Positions 63,247-64,000 of a stretch of DNA of 64,000 bases are shown one piece after another. Below the pieces are notes generated by a model. It ran no database searches. It was not told the DNA's origin and was given only the letters and a program-made list of their open reading frames with translations. Each line of letters begins with the position of its first letter. Within the stretch, counting starts at the first letter, position 1. A program made the translations under genes and the position numbers. Source of the stretch: Octopus vulgaris (taxonomy: Eukaryota); NCBI GenBank assembly GCA_951406725.2, contig OX597843.1:11408001-11472000 (forward strand). The letters are read 5' to 3'.

Positions 63247-64000
63247 TTAACCCTTTCATTACCAACCTGGCTGAAACCAGCTCTGGTTCTGTAGTACAAA
63301 TGTCTTGTTTTCATAAGTTTTGAATTAAAATCTTCCACCAAACCTTAGTCACAATTTATGTTCCTAACACTAGCTGAATGATAACTAAGTTATTTTACTA
63401 AATTCTTTGTTATATTTAAAATTAATTGATAGAAACACAGAGCATCTCAACAGAAATATGGTAACAAAAGGGTTCAAGTCACCATGAAATTTTAACCCTT
63501 TTGATACCAACCTGGCTGAAACCACCTCTGGCTCTGTAGTACAAATGTCTTGTTTTCAAAAGTTTTGAATTAAAATCTTCCACCAAACCTTAGTCACAAT
63601 TTATGTTTCTAACACTGGCTGAATGATAACTAAGTTATTTTACTAAATTCTTTGTTATATTTAACATAATTGAGAGAAACACAGAGAATCTCAGCAGAAA
63701 TACGGTAACAAAAGGGTTCAAGTCACCATGAAATTTTAACCCTTTTGATACCAACCCGGCTGAAACCACCTCTGGTTCTGTAGTACAAATGTCTTGTTTT
63801 CATAAGTTTTGAATTAAAATCTTCCACCAAACCTTAGTCACAATTTATGTCCCTGACACTAGCTGAATGATAACTAAGTTATTTTACTAAATTCTTTGTT
63901 ATATTTAAAATTAATTGAAAGAAACACAGAGCATCTCAACAGAAATATGGTAACAAAAGGGTTAAAGTCACCATGATATTTTTAACCCTTTTGTTACCAA
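63247..64000. repeat. Head-to-tail tandem of a roughly 245-bp TTAA MITE, 3+ copies, runs off the window
   Basis: Units start at about 63247, 63492, 63736 and 63982. Confidence 0.9.

Overview
Eukaryotic, AT-rich, repeat-dense genomic DNA. The SINE, MITE and microsatellite content looks like a coleoid cephalopod (Octopus), which is an inference from repeat style. The window lies almost entirely inside the 3' half of a plus-strand Ataxin-2 (ATXN2) family gene. Nine phase-compatible coding exons were reconstructed by hand: 1765-1814, 5167-5285, 6471-6534 (PAM2 motif STLNPNAKEF), 7600-7792, 11443-11591, 49139-49262, 50665-51237, 54937-55047 and 61226-61272 (stop). The introns hold tRNA-derived SINEs, RTE-type 3' tails, CR1-clade fragments, TTAA/piggyBac-, hAT-, Tc1- and Merlin-like MITEs, non-autonomous Helitrons and many tandem arrays grown out of TE interiors. 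The main candidate is in the 37.5-kb phase-0 intron (11592-49138). Non-repetitive, U-rich islands there each carry a short AG...GT-bounded segment. About ten are stop-free multiples of 3 (15-84 nt), several others add a stop or frameshift, and there are nearby TGCATG motifs and an AG|GTAAGT site. This suggests a cassette-microexon/poison-exon array feeding the Ataxin-2 disordered C-terminus. It was picked by eye and is unproven without RNA-seq. Nearly all ORFs in the supplied track are repeat-derived noise.
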